DNA of 48,023 nt from Vitrella brassicaformis CCMP3155 (GCA_001179505.1 CDMY01000580.1:1-48023); one strand, 5' to 3'. Shown: positions 11,701 through 23,542, numbered from the stretch's first letter. The notes: a model not told the origin generated them from the letters alone. Made by a program: numbers and translations.

Positions 11701-14700
11701 TGGCAGGCATTGTGGAGGAGTGGCCAGTCATCAAAGCGGCTCTCAACACACACATCTACGCTCACATAGACACGCTGCAGGCCTTCATCGCGGCATCCAA
11801 TCCTTCCTCTCCCCTGTGCTTCGCGGCAAGCTCCACCGTGGGAATTCTCCTCCTGGCCGCCATCTTCCTCTGCGTCCGAAAGAGGAAAGGTAGGCAACGA
11901 AAGGGATGGCGCGGGAGCGCCCGTCATGCACCTGGACTGCGTGTGTGTCCACAGGTGGAGGTCCTGTTGCGCCTGATCGATTCGTCCTCGTCGATGCGAT
12001 CGCACAAAACGGTGTGGGCAAGATCACGGCCGCTGCCCCTCTGCCGATGCAGTCGCTTCGTCGTCTCCCTCTGGATGCCACCATGGGAGATCGGGTGGCC
12101 AACGCGTTGGACATGGACTACAGAGCGTGCAAGGATCCAACGGGCTCCTTGGCGGATTTCATCACTACTGCTCTGGTCACCCCAGCCATGGCCATGATAG
12201 GTCGGTCCGTGTCAGTCAGTCAGTCAGCCAGTCGGTGCACCTCCCGGGATTCTTCAACCATGCGTGTGTGTGTGTGTGTGTGTGCAGATGGTGGGGACGC
12301 TGGCGCTTTGATCGAGTCGAGGTTCGTGTCTTGTCTGACCCTCTTCTTTGAGAGGGCCGAGAGGATCGGGAGGCCTGATTTGTTTCTCTGCATGACCTGT
12401 TTGAAGGCCCTCAGTGAGAAGCATCGGAAGGTCAGCAGAGGAAGGTCACGGACCTCCCATCCCATCTCATTTGGAGGAGAGTGCTGTGGTGGTGCGTTTG
12501 TTTATGTAGGTGTTGGGGACCGATGGACTCGCAGAGGCGATGTGTGACATGCTGCTCAAGGACGCACAGGGACAGCTAGATGGCCTCCGTGACAGTGACC
12601 GCAAGACAGCTGTCGACATTCTCAGGAGCATCGTCAGGTCAGCCATGAGCTGCAGACAGGGAAGTCCGACGCATCATTGAGCGTGTCTGTTTGTCGCTGT
12701 GTCATGTGTGTCAGCTATGGCAAGTCGCTGGTCAGCAAGGTCGCACCGAACCCCATCGTCGGACAAATACTGCAGGTAGCTACGCCGAGGGTCGTGTGTG
12801 CTTTGCCTTTCTGACTGTCTGTGTGCCGCCGTGTCAGTTCGAGTCGGTTAAGGCGATCCGGAGCCGCACAAGTGGCATCGAGGTCTCACGACAGGTGAGC
12901 AACGCTCCTGCACAGCACGAGGCTCTCCTCTTCACCTCTCTCTGCCACATCAGGTGTCGGATTTCTTCAATGCCCTCGCCCAACAGCACCAGAAGGACAC
13001 CAAGGCCCAACCCAAGACCGCCGCACAGCCCACCGTGTCGGCCGCCCAGTTGGCGGCCCAGGACGCCAAAGCGAAGCGCATGGAGAAGGCCCTTCTCGAG
13101 CAAGAGCGACGCGAGAAGGAGGTCAAAGCGAGAAAGGACCAGAAGGCCAACAAAGGCAAGGGCAAGACCAAGAGAGGCAAGGCCACAAAGGGCGGCAAGG
13201 GACAGCAGCAGGAGGCTGCAGGTGGGGACGAGGCGAGCCCCTTTGATCCGATCATGGAGCCTTCGGTGCCCTCCACCGCCGCATCCACTAGGTAGGGAAG
13301 CCATCCACTCACTATGGTGCATGGTGCGTGGCTGAAGGGAGTGTTTGCCTCGTGTGTCTGTGTCGGTGGATGTGCAGTCGGGCTGCTGCCGATGAGGTTG
13401 AGGCGAGTCAGCCGGAGCCCACTTCCTCCATCAGCGACACGTAAGCAATCCATCCACTTGACGAGATACCCTTACACGTTTGATTCCTCTGTGTGTCTGT
13501 CGATCCCTGTCTTTGCAGGTCTGGTGCGCCTCATGTGCCGTCCGTGTCAGCGGCTGCGGGCAGCGACCTGCCTGGTGATGGTGGCGATTCAGCAAATTCG
13601 GCGGCTGTCGGAAGTGATGATGATGAGGACGGCGACGCGATGCTGATCAACTCGGCGTTCGCACAGCACGCACGGCAACAGAGGAACGAGGGCAAGACGA
13701 AAAAGACAGAAAACAAACACAACACCAGGCCCACCCCGACGTCCACATCTCAGCCGAGCCAGCCGTCCCGCCCCTCACTCCAACCCGCACTCAGAACCAA
13801 CCAAACGGGGCAGATTGGGCGCCCTCCACCTGCCGCCAATGAGGATCGTTATCGCGGCGGCACAGCACCCATTCGGATGCCCGCCCCCACCCCCCTCTCA
13901 AGCGCCCAGTTCCCCAAGGGTCGCTTCAAGTCGTCACCTGGCAATGGGTGGCTGGCCCCTCCTCTGCCGAGGAGTCCGGCTGCCATCCCGCTGCTGTCTG
14001 ACGATGACAGTCCGTCTGGCTGGGCGTCGCCTTCCCCCCGGCCAATGGGAGGTCGTGGGGCGGGGAGGGGCCTCATGACGATGTTTGCCCACCAGCCGTC
14101 CCCCTTGCCCTCCATCCCCTACCCCCGACGCCCATCGGCCGAGGAGCTGCGCAACAGACCGTCACTGCAGCCGAGTGGACAAGACCACCAACAGCAGCCG
14201 ACACAGGATGAGGGGCCGAGGTGAGATCCGTCGTCACAGCCATGCGTTCGCTTGCACACGCCAGATGTCCCTTGTTCCTCTATGTGTCCTGCAGTTCTTC
14301 TACGGATTCTCATTCGATGAGTTTATTCGCCCACGTGCCGGCCTTTCCACCACCACCTGCGTCACACTCACCGATCGATCCGAGGTGACACACGCCTGAC
14401 ACGGACATCAGTGACGCTTTTACCGATGAGTGCTTGCTCCATGCCTGTCATGCTGTGCAGTGCTTTCCATCCGATGAGTCCTTCACTCCCTGTCAGCTAC
14501 AATGGCGGCCCACGACATCCGTTCAATTTCCCTTATCCCTTCCCGTCCAGCCCAACGCCAGCTGCTGCGGCTGCTAATGCTGCTGCGGCTGCTAATGGTG
14601 GTGGTGGTGCTAGTGGCTCTGGTGGTGGTGGTCTGTCGGCTGACGCGTTCTATGACGACGGCAATGGTGCTGACATGTACTGTGTGCCGCCCCCGCCGGC

Positions 14701-15993
14701 CTTTCCACCGCCACCCCCACCACACCCACCCATCGACCCAAGGTAACACGGACATGATGTCTGTCTATCTGTCTGTCTGTCAGCAACGCTTCTATGAACT
14801 TCTCCTTTCATGCTGCTCCGTTGTGCAGTGGTTTCCATCCTATCGGTCCCCCTCTCCCTGTCAGCTACAGTGGCGGCCCACAGGCGTCCGGCTTCCCGCC
14901 TCACCCACTCGGTATCCATCAGCCCTTCCCGTCTAGCCCAACCCCAGCTGCTGCGGCTGCTAATGGTGGTGGTGGTGCCAGTGGCTCTGGTGGTGGTGGT
15001 CTGTCGGCTGACCCCTTCTATGGCTACGACAGTGGTGATGATGACGATATGTATGTGCCGCCCCCGCCGCCCATATTTGAGTATGAAGAAGAGGAAGGGT
15101 ACCAGCCGCCCTCATCGAGCAGCGCAGCTGACCCCCTCGCCGCGGCCCAGGCGGCCGGGACGATGCAGAACGGCAATGGCGGGCCATCCACAGGGTACGC
15201 AAATGCAGGCAGAGAGGAAACGGACAGCACGTATCACTCTTTTCCTTCGCCGCTGCGTGTTTGTGTGAAGGTCTGGGGGTATGATGGGTGGCGGTGCGTC
15301 TGGGAGTGAGGAGCTCTTTGATCAGCTCTGCCGCCAGCTCGAGCACACTCAGGAAGAGGCCAAACGAAGGGCTCGGGAGGCACAAGAGGCCAGGCGGAGC
15401 GAGGAGGCACTGATACGCCAGCTGCAGGAGGCCCAGTGGACGTAAGGAAAGGAGGCACAGACTCGCCAAAAGAGTGCATTCAGCTCACTGTATGGTCTTC
15501 TGCGCTTAGGATCGCCAAAATGACCGTGCAGCAATCATCTCACCACCAGCACCACCAGCCACCTTCGTGCAGCAGCTCATCGGCCGCCCCTCCCCCGTCA
15601 TCATCATTCGCCCAGCCACACCCATCCACACCCCCCAACACGACGGACCACCAGCAGCATCATGGTGATGGAGATGACGTTCCGGCCTGCGTCATCTGTT
15701 TCGGCGAGCACGGCCCTGCGTCCGTCATGTACATCCCCTGCCGCCACATGCACATCTGCACCAAGTGCTATGCCGACCGCCAGAGGGCCTGGCGGCAGAA
15801 CCTCCCCCGAGTGAGGGCCGAGAATGCGCGGCGCGGCGAGGTCAACAAGGAGCTCATCAAGGAGGACAAGGAGCCCATGGCCATGCTGCCAGAGGCCTAC
15901 CTGTGCGAGCAGTGCCAGACTGAGGTCGCCTTTGCCGGGTCGATGGAGGAAGTGAGCCGCTGGATGCGGCCATTTGTGACCGGCGCACCCTGA
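8749..15993 (+). CDS. Very large protein: two tandem ARM/HEAT-like helical units, a K/E-rich segment, a Pro/Gly-rich low-complexity region, a coiled coil and a C-terminal RING-HC finger (putative E3 ligase)
   Basis: ATG at 8749. In-phase GT-AG junctions link unit 1 to unit 2 (..DQVVQ|CEAVQQLRGRPDLPIE|VTSFIQ..) and unit 2 to the tail. Ends with CVIC..CRHMHICTKC..CEQC and a stop at 15993. The junction at ~15306 needs a GAG acceptor, and some unit-1 junctions were not resolved. Confidence 0.7.
14461..15075 (+). repeat. Tandem exon duplication (14461-14742 and 14829-~15075)
   Basis: Both copies start tgtgcag|tg(c/g)tttccatcc and share ccctgtcagctaca, cccttcccgtc, GGGGASGSGGGGLSAD(A/P)FY and DMY..PPPP. 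Confidence 0.9.
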
Positions 15994-16684
15994 CTGACAT
16001 CTCAGTGAGTCGAGTCGAAGGAGGGCAGGTCATGGAGCGGGTGGAGGGCAAGAGGCCATGTTTGTCTGTCGATTTAAGCGATATGCCAGCCGGTGGGTGA
16101 GTGCCCTTTACGGTCAAGTCTGTCTGTCGCGTGTGAGTCAGTGCCTTATGTGTTTGTCCGTTTTTGTCCTCACCAGCCATCCCACCTGCATGATGCCAGC
16201 GGGTGTTTATACTACCATCTGTATGCCCATCGATATACATATGTGTGTATGTATGTGCTGCATGTGCGTCCACACACTGCTCGCTGCATGTCGTGTGCAT
16301 GTGCATGCCCGCGTATTTATCTATTTATCCAGATAGACAGACCAACACATTGGTGCGTGAGGACCTCTAGTGCGATGCCATGAATGCCCTGATCATGAGG
16401 TCAATATTCATATCTGACCTGCGCGCATGTGCCAATGAAACGAGGCTGAGAGACACCGTCAGCAGTCGTCCCGACCCCATTGAAAGCAGAGAGTGAATGA
16501 ATGGATACCCATATTCAGGCGCACACAGACGCAGACCAAAGAAAGAGAGCATTTGCTTTGTCGTGTTTGCCTTAATTCACCACAGCCCCTTTGTCGTGGA
16601 CTAAGCGGGGGAAGAGTAAAGACAAAAAACGACGACGAGAATGGAGACGGGACAAACCCCACAAACCCTGATTTTCGAACTAAC

Positions 16685-17233
16685 ATGACAATTTTCCAAA
16701 TCACGACCGCTTTCGTGGTCTTCAGCAGTTTTCCGGCCACAGATCCGTTTGTTCTTTTCATTTTGTCCTGGTTGTTGGCTTATGTGGTCTTCCACGTCGC
16801 CTCTACCCCTCCGGATGTCATCCGCCAATTCCTTGAAGTTGCTTCCTCCGCCGCGGTGCCCCGGGCAAGACCTCGCCCGGAGGTGCCCTGCCCTCTGCTG
16901 AGCGAATGCCGACTGCCGACTGCCTTCCATCAGGTGAGCACACGTGTGTGGCCTTGAGTGTCATGTCTTCTGGCTGTGGCCGGTGATGGTGTGGGTGCAG
17001 CGATGAATGGAACGGTCCATTTCACTGCCGTGTGTGTGCTCATGTGCATCCCCTGGGTCATCCTCAGGTGCCAACGGACCGCCTCCTGCTTTTCTTTCGC
17101 CGTCTCATTTTCTCGACGCATTTCTCAGAGGTTGGTGAGTGCCCTCACTAAGTGGCAATGAATGTCAGTCACCGCATGCATACTCATGTGTCAGCAAGAA
17201 CTCATAATGCACTCTGTCCTGTCAGACGCGTAA
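16685..17233 (+). CDS. Small spliced hydrophobic ORF (3 exons) upstream of the coiled-coil gene; could instead be 5' UTR exons
   Basis: MTIFQITTAFVVFSSFPATDPFVLFILSWLLAYVVFHV...AFHQ|VPTDRLLLFFRRLIFSTHFSE|QELIMHSVLSDA-stop. Splice sites are conserved in copy 1, which has an 11-nt frameshifting insertion. Confidence 0.35.
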
Positions 17234-18329
17234 GAGGCGCACACGGCGTATCGTTGACGGTACGCTTTGCGTCAACGAAGTGACTGACGGCATACGCACA
17301 CTCTCTGCCAGTGACCGTCAGCTCAACTGATAAGTGCATCCCCGCCGAGCGAGAGATGTCGGCGGCGGATCCACCAGTTATCATGTCCGACAGCTAGGGA
17401 CCTTCGTGCGGCGGTGAGGGACTACACACGGCTCAAACACGCAAACGCCGCACTGGAGCAGCAGCTAAGGGAGGAGAGGGCCAAATACGCCGACCTCGAA
17501 CATAAATACAATGAAGTGGCCAGAGAGAGAGATGAGCTGCGGGCAAGGGTGGTGGAGGAGGTGCCAAGGGAGAGGGGCGGAATGGGTGGGTGGATCCACG
17601 AGAGGGGGGGCGTGGTGGACCATCAATATATCGTCAAAAGTGGGGCTAAGAGGGTAGGGGTAATGTTGCATGAGGAGGAGGGCATATTTCATATCAGTCA
17701 AGCCCAAGTAGGTGGATTGCCTTTTCACTCACTCTTGCCATTGAGCACTTCTGTGTTTGTGTGTTTGTGTGTTTGTGTGTTTGTGTGTTTGTGTGTTTGT
17801 GTGTTGTGCAGCTGGATGCCCACGGGTTTAAGTACGACATCATCGCAAAACACCAAAAGCACTTGTATAGCGGCTTCGGCGAGTACTTTGTGTCACTATT
17901 CGACACGACACTCAACAAGCCGGGCACACTCGTGGTGGGTCTCACACAGCACATTGCCACTCATGTGTGTGACGTCGCATGCATTGTCACAGTGTGTGTG
18001 TGTGTGTGTGTGTCAATGCGTGTGTGTCAGGAAGTATGGGCGGACAGGACGGCACCACCCAACCGCCACAAGCTGCTTAGCGAGGGCAATTACGAATACG
18101 TCACCAACCGCCGCCCCAACAAGTGGCGCCACGCCTTCACCGCCAAACAGGTACATCACAACACAACACAACACAACACGGCACACTGTCGACTGTCACT
18201 CACTGTTTGTTTCACTTCATGTGTCGTATCGGTGTGTGTGGTTCTTTCATTGTCAATGCAGTATCTCGAGGCCACCAACACCGCCCACAAGATGACCATC
18301 CGATTCGCAGCGGGTGACAACTGCCTCCA
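16734..18329 (+). repeat. Segmental duplication, copy 2 (paralogous to 3793-5362)
   Basis: Collinear similarity to copy 1. Confidence 0.95.
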
Positions 18330-18369
18330 GGCGGTCTCGACGGCTCTCCTCCGCCTACCAGGAGGCTGA
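17356..18369 (+). pseudogene. Hypothetical coiled-coil protein, copy 2, with the start region disrupted
   Basis: A 4-nt insertion relative to copy 1 gives MSAADPPVIMSDS-TAG (17395-17397). The downstream exons are open (LDAHGFKYDIIAKHQKHLYSGFGEY..., EVWADRTAPPNRHK..., YLEATNTAHKMTIRF). Confidence 0.55.
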
Positions 18370-19259
18370 GTCGCGAGCCGTCCGGGACGCTGTCAAACCG
18401 ATCATCACCATCGAGACCTGCGACGGATGGATGTGAGCTCAATCTGCACATACATCAGTGCGTGTCGCCCACGTGTGACCCTTGCGTGTGTCCTTGCAGC
18501 ATCATCATAATACTAGTCATATGGTGGATCAAGACGATCAAGGAGAGGAAATGCATAGCGTGCCCCGAACTCGAGGGCATCGACCACATACAGGTGCAAA
18601 AAAAGTGGCAGACTCGCTGTCTGGTTGATCACATTGCCCACACCTCTCTGTCTGTCTGGCTGTCTTCGTTGGTGCAGGTGGCGACACAGCCAGTGAGTAG
18701 CGGTGAGCGAGACATCACGGACCCCGTCAAGGTACAACCATGTCCACACACAACAAACACCCTCCTCCATCACACACAACACACATCCCTCTCCCTCTCT
18801 GTGTCTGTGTGTGACACCTTTTCTGTCAGTTGGTGAAGCTTATCCAGCAGCAGCACCCCAACCTGACTCTCCGTAAGCACGCCCGCCACGAGTCGGTGTT
18901 CGCATTTCGATGTTCTGTTGCTTTGCAGGCGGGATGGTGGCTGGCTTCCTACTCAACGGAGGCAGCCACTTCCCGCGGGTGGTCAGCAGTCTCCCCGAGG
19001 CCTTCACGCTGCTCGAAACGCACAATAACATACAGGAGGTGAACATCACTCACACAACATGCCACTCACCCTGCACACGACATTTGCCCACCTCTTGTGT
19101 GTCTCTCCATTTGTCTGTCAGGTGGTTGAGGTGGTGAGTAGCAGGCGGCTGGCCGAGGGCAAGCCCATGCCTAGCTACGCCACGCAGCTGATCTATGATA
19201 TCACGCTGGCCGCCATGCACGGCCCGGTGCTGGCCAACATATCCGACCGTAATGACGAG
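18362..19259 (+). CDS. Hypothetical membrane protein, partial (runs into gap)
   Basis: In-phase exons IIIILVIWWIKTIKERKCIACPELEGIDHIQ|VATQPVSSGERDITDPVK|LVKLIQQQHPNLTL|GMVAGFLLNGGSHFPRVV...|VVEVVSSRRLAEGKP... with canonical splice sites. Confidence 0.55.
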
Positions 19260-19337
19260 GCACGTGAGCGATCACTGCACACACCACACACACAAGTGGC
19301 AATCATCACTCGTGTGTGGTGTATTGACTGTCTGTGT

Positions 19338-19637
19338 NNNNNNNNNNNNNNNNNNNNNNNNNNNNNNNNNNNNNNNNNNNNNNNNNNNNNNNNNNNNNNN
19401 NNNNNNNNNNNNNNNNNNNNNNNNNNNNNNNNNNNNNNNNNNNNNNNNNNNNNNNNNNNNNNNNNNNNNNNNNNNNNNNNNNNNNNNNNNNNNNNNNNNN
19501 NNNNNNNNNNNNNNNNNNNNNNNNNNNNNNNNNNNNNNNNNNNNNNNNNNNNNNNNNNNNNNNNNNNNNNNNNNNNNNNNNNNNNNNNNNNNNNNNNNNN
19601 NNNNNNNNNNNNNNNNNNNNNNNNNNNNNNNNNNNNN
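19338..19637. other. Assembly gap (300 N)
   Basis: Run of N. Confidence 1.
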
Positions 19638-19982
19638 CGTCAACGTCTTGTTGCTCCTGTCTCATTCTCTTCATCTGACGCTGCACCTCCCCCTCGTCCA
19701 GCCCCTCGGTGCCCAGGTTGTGGCCGTACAAACTGGTCTTCTGCAACGCCATCATGTCGCCCTTGCGCCCCTCCCCCTCGTCGCCCTCGCCCCTCTGTTT
19801 TCTCTTCCGGCGCCGCTCCTTCTTGTCCGTCGTGGCGCCGCTCAGCAGCCCACCACCACCACCACCAGCACCAGCAGCACCGGCCTTGCCAGCCCTGTCC
19901 CTGCGCTTGGCTGGCCGCCTCCCTCTCTTTTCCTCCTCTGAGTCGCGACTAGTCCCCGCTGCAGTAGCAGCACCTCGCCCCG
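19638..19982 (-). CDS. SLU7-like C-terminal fragment, running into the gap
   Basis: K/R-rich ..DKKERRRKRKQRGEG.. followed by TSLYGHNLGTEGLDEGEVQRQMKRMRQEQQDVD. This resembles the Slu7 segment preceding the RKRKYN motif (similarity judged by eye). Confidence 0.4.
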
Positions 19983-20947
19983 CCGTCCACTCGCCGCCGC
20001 CTCATAACACACAGACAGGCAGGCGTGTGAAAAGCTGTCGGTCGCTTGGTGCCATCCATCCATCCATCAATCAATCAGCCAATCCGGCAGTGAACGAGCC
20101 ATCTTAGCGATGTCTGTCCAGCTCGCCGCGCGACGTGGCCAACGTCAGCAGCCAGAGCGGAACCAATCTGACCGACACACACATGCGTGCAGCAAGCACA
20201 CAACAAACACACAGATGAGGTGAATGGGAGAGCACATGTCGATCGCTTGGTGTTGTCGCTCACTCACTCGCTCACCGGATCTCATGGCCGCATCGCTGAA
20301 CGCATCAAATGCTGTCCAGCGGGAGTACGATTGCTTGGCGGCCACACAGACCCTCTTTCACCCTCGGCCGAGGCGTCATCCTCCCTCACATCAGAGTCCA
20401 GTCCGCCGGCCAACGACCCGGGCTGCCAGCCAACTGAAACAAACGAAGCACATGACAAAATGAACACCAACTGGTCATCCATATGCTACAGACGTGCGTG
20501 TGGCGCTGTCTGTGTACCTCTCACCTCATCAGAATGGCCTGCAGGAACGCACGGCACGGCTGTCTGTGCCTCCTCCTTGCCTGCCTTTCAGCTCAATCGA
20601 CAACACAATTAACAGTCAGTGGATCTATACATGGTGATCGAGGATGTGGCCAGGCACCATCAAACGCTAAACGCTTCTGCGAGCTTTGCGACAAAAGCGG
20701 CTCCAGATTGGTAAGTGTTCTTGGTGGACTGCGACAGCACGGCACCTGCCAGATTTGCAGGCTGTCCTTCCAATCTGAGGAGCTATGGACCCTGCCCTCA
20801 AAACGAAGCGGAAGAGCCGACCCCCGTTTATTGCGGGCCGTGTTTTCTATGTTGGGACAGACCGACAGAGGACTTGGCCGTCAGGCCGCCTGTTAGTAGG
20901 GTGCTCCCTGAAGCCGCTGCTGCCGGCGGGCAGCCCTCCGGCTCACC

Positions 20948-21033
20948 AGCCCACCACCACCACCAGCACCGGTCTTGGCAGCCTTGTCCCTGCGCTTGGC
21001 TGGCCGCCTCCCTCTCTTGGCCCCCTCTGAGTC
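20948..21033 (-). repeat. Local diverged duplicate of 19846-19944
   Basis: Both carry cagcccaccaccaccacca..gcaccgg..ctgtccctgcgcttggctggccgcctccctctctt..ctctgagtc. Confidence 0.9.
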
Positions 21034-21116
21034 AGAGGAAGACTCTTCGTCCCCACTGCTCGTTAGGCCGCCCATTGCGTGGTCCGATTGTAAACTACTG
21101 AACGCTCAGACCTGAC

Positions 21117-22154
21117 ATGCCGCGATTGGGGGCTGCGGTATCGCCCTTTGGAGTCCTCATTCTCGCACTCGCCTCCTGGGTAAGCCGGAAGGAAAAAAAA
21201 CTGAAGGCAGGCCAAGCAACCCTGTAACGGCCGGCTTCTCCTTGTCTGTCAGGCGCCACTCGAGCTCGAGGCCGGCAGCACACGACCATCACGTGGTGTG
21301 GCCTCCCACCATGGCACACACAGTGTCTGCAGCTTTGTCGTCTCGTCTGTCTGTCTGCAGGTTGGCCGCCAGCTCTGCGGTCTCTGCAAGACGGGGGCAG
21401 GACCAAAGGGCCTATGTGCAGCAGTGAGTGCCTCAAGCACTTTGCGGGTGACCACAGCTGCGACGAGCAATGCGACACGGAGGAGTGCGACTGGGACGGG
21501 CTCGACTGCCACGTCGCCGTGGCGGCGCCGGGCGATCATGGTGGTGATGGCGACGGTGACAAGAAGCCCATTACCGCGGATGGAGGCATCCTTCCAAGAC
21601 GTCCGTAGGCAGACAGACAGGCAGGCAGGAAGGATTCATTTAGCAAGCACTGCGGAAGCGCACGCGTCTGTGCGTGGCTGGTGTGGTGTGTGTCTTTCGT
21701 CCAGCGGTTGTGCATCCGCCGAGCGCTGCGTTCGAGAATGTGGGAGCGAGCGGCGAGGGCAGCTGCAGCAACGAGGAATATACTGTCTTCCCCGCGTCAT
21801 CGTACAAGATACTCTACGACACCGACATGGAGAAATGCGCCTTCGAGTGCCTCAACAGATTCCAAGAGCCATTCATCTGCTGGTCAGTCAGTGTGCCCCT
21901 CCCCTCCCCTCTCCCTCTCCCTCCGTCCCTCTCTCTCTCTCCCTCCCTCCCTCCCTCGTCGCTTGGTCGTTAGTCACGCTCTCTGCGCCTTTTTCTTTCG
22001 CAGGAGTTTCGAGCACCACGTCGACACGGACAAGTGCGTGCTGCACTCGATGAAGGCCACCAAGACACTCTCCGTCGCCAACACCAAAGTGATCTGCATG
22101 AGGTACCCTGATGGAGAGGATGCCGACGACACTGTCACTGGCCAGTCCACATAA
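21117..22154 (+). CDS. Secreted protein, 223 aa: signal peptide + LNR (Lin-12/Notch) repeat + PAN/apple domain
   Basis: Exons 21117-21179, 21253-21292, 21361-21600, 21705-21882 and 22004-22154, all in phase. Signal MPRLGAAVSPFGVLILALASW; LNR CSSECLKHFAGDHSCDEQCDTEECDWDGLDC; PAN CSNEE..KCAFEC..FICWSFEHHVDTDKCVLHS..C. Confidence 0.8.
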
Positions 22155-23193
22155 TATGATTGCTGACGGGAGAGGGAGTGAGGGGGACAGCACGCGACAG
22201 GCGTGAATTCAGGAGTATGATGCCGTCCGTATTTTTCGGCTCACTCAGCAGCAGTCGACTCCGATGGGTGGGCGTGGTGAGGGTGGGGGGGTCGTGTGTC
22301 AGTTTTTTGGTGGGGTGAGGGTGGGAAGAGGGAGCCAAGACACATGGACGTACATTGATATCGTGTACATAGCGTGTTTCCATTCCATGCCGTCGTCCGG
22401 TTGATACGTCCATCCATCCATCCATTCACACACACTCTGTCCTTTATCTACAAAGGCTACCGGCCTGTGTGTTCGTCGGGTGGGGGGTTGGGAATGACTG
22501 ACTGCTCTGTGCAGCACTCGACTCACATGCGCCAGATGCCACATCGACTCACTGCCTCTCTAGTATGTGTGTCTGTGTTTATGTCGCCTTGTGCGTCTGT
22601 GTTCAGTGCATCGAATTTTTCTCACTTGTTGGTGTGCATGTGTCGTGTGTGTTCAACTTGTGCACTGGGGGCTATGTGGGGGGAGTCGGCAGGATTCTTC
22701 ACCTGACTTACGCACACTAACTGCAAATCTCATTCATTCACGCACGGAAACACGGCGGCAAAGGGGTCTTGTCTTGCACACACAGGTGTGTAGAAAAGGC
22801 GGCAGGTATGTCATCCATCCATCCATCCCTCCCCTGCCTGCGCACTTAAACTACACACCCAGCTAGCTACACAGACGGCCTACGCAGCGACAGACCTGCC
22901 TACAACTGATCTGTACACACACAACACACACGCACGGGCCGGTCAGTGAATGTAGATAGACACATTAACATTAAGAGAAACAGACATACGGCTCTCTCTC
23001 CCTATCTGCTGCACTCGACACCTAGTGTCACCCCGACAGAGGTCTGGATCGCACGCACAGGCCGCACGGTCAATCTGCTCCTCTCATGGAGCAACACTAA
23101 GTGTCAGGGGAGCCGACTCCGTCCGCTAGACACACGCCATGTGAAGCCTTCTCGCCGTGAATGAGATGGATGCGATGTGGACATCTCATCTCT

Positions 23194-23542
23194 CTATACG
23201 GCCCGCTTCTCAGTGCCCGGCGGCTTCGCAAATGCAGCAGAGGATGCGTGGGCGGCCGGCTCCACGCCGGCAGCGACGCCCTGCCGCACCTTCTTCTCCT
23301 CGCCGCCAGGGGACACCCTGATGCGATGCGCACACACACAAGGAGGCGATGGACGGGTGGATATCTGTGTGGAGGCAGGGCTGTGTGTGTGTGGTCACTA
23401 CTTTCGTTGCTTCTTGAGGTCTCGGAGGAAAAGGAAGAACCAGAAGGCGAAGGCGACTGCGTGGATGAGCACCAGCACCTGCACCACTATCATCAGCTCG
23501 TGAGGCACCGACTGCACACACACACACACACACACAGACACA

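Noticed and set aside
17252-17277. Hairpin cgttgacg-N10-cgtcaacg
   Set aside because: Only 8 bp, and weakened to 6 bp in copy 1; not enough for an ncRNA call.
20145-20896. Exon-like blocks on both strands, including CELC/CQIC in one ORF and a gtaagt donor at 20711
   Set aside because: The models conflict, and the Cys pairs fall in a frame not kept by the best splice; no supportable gene.
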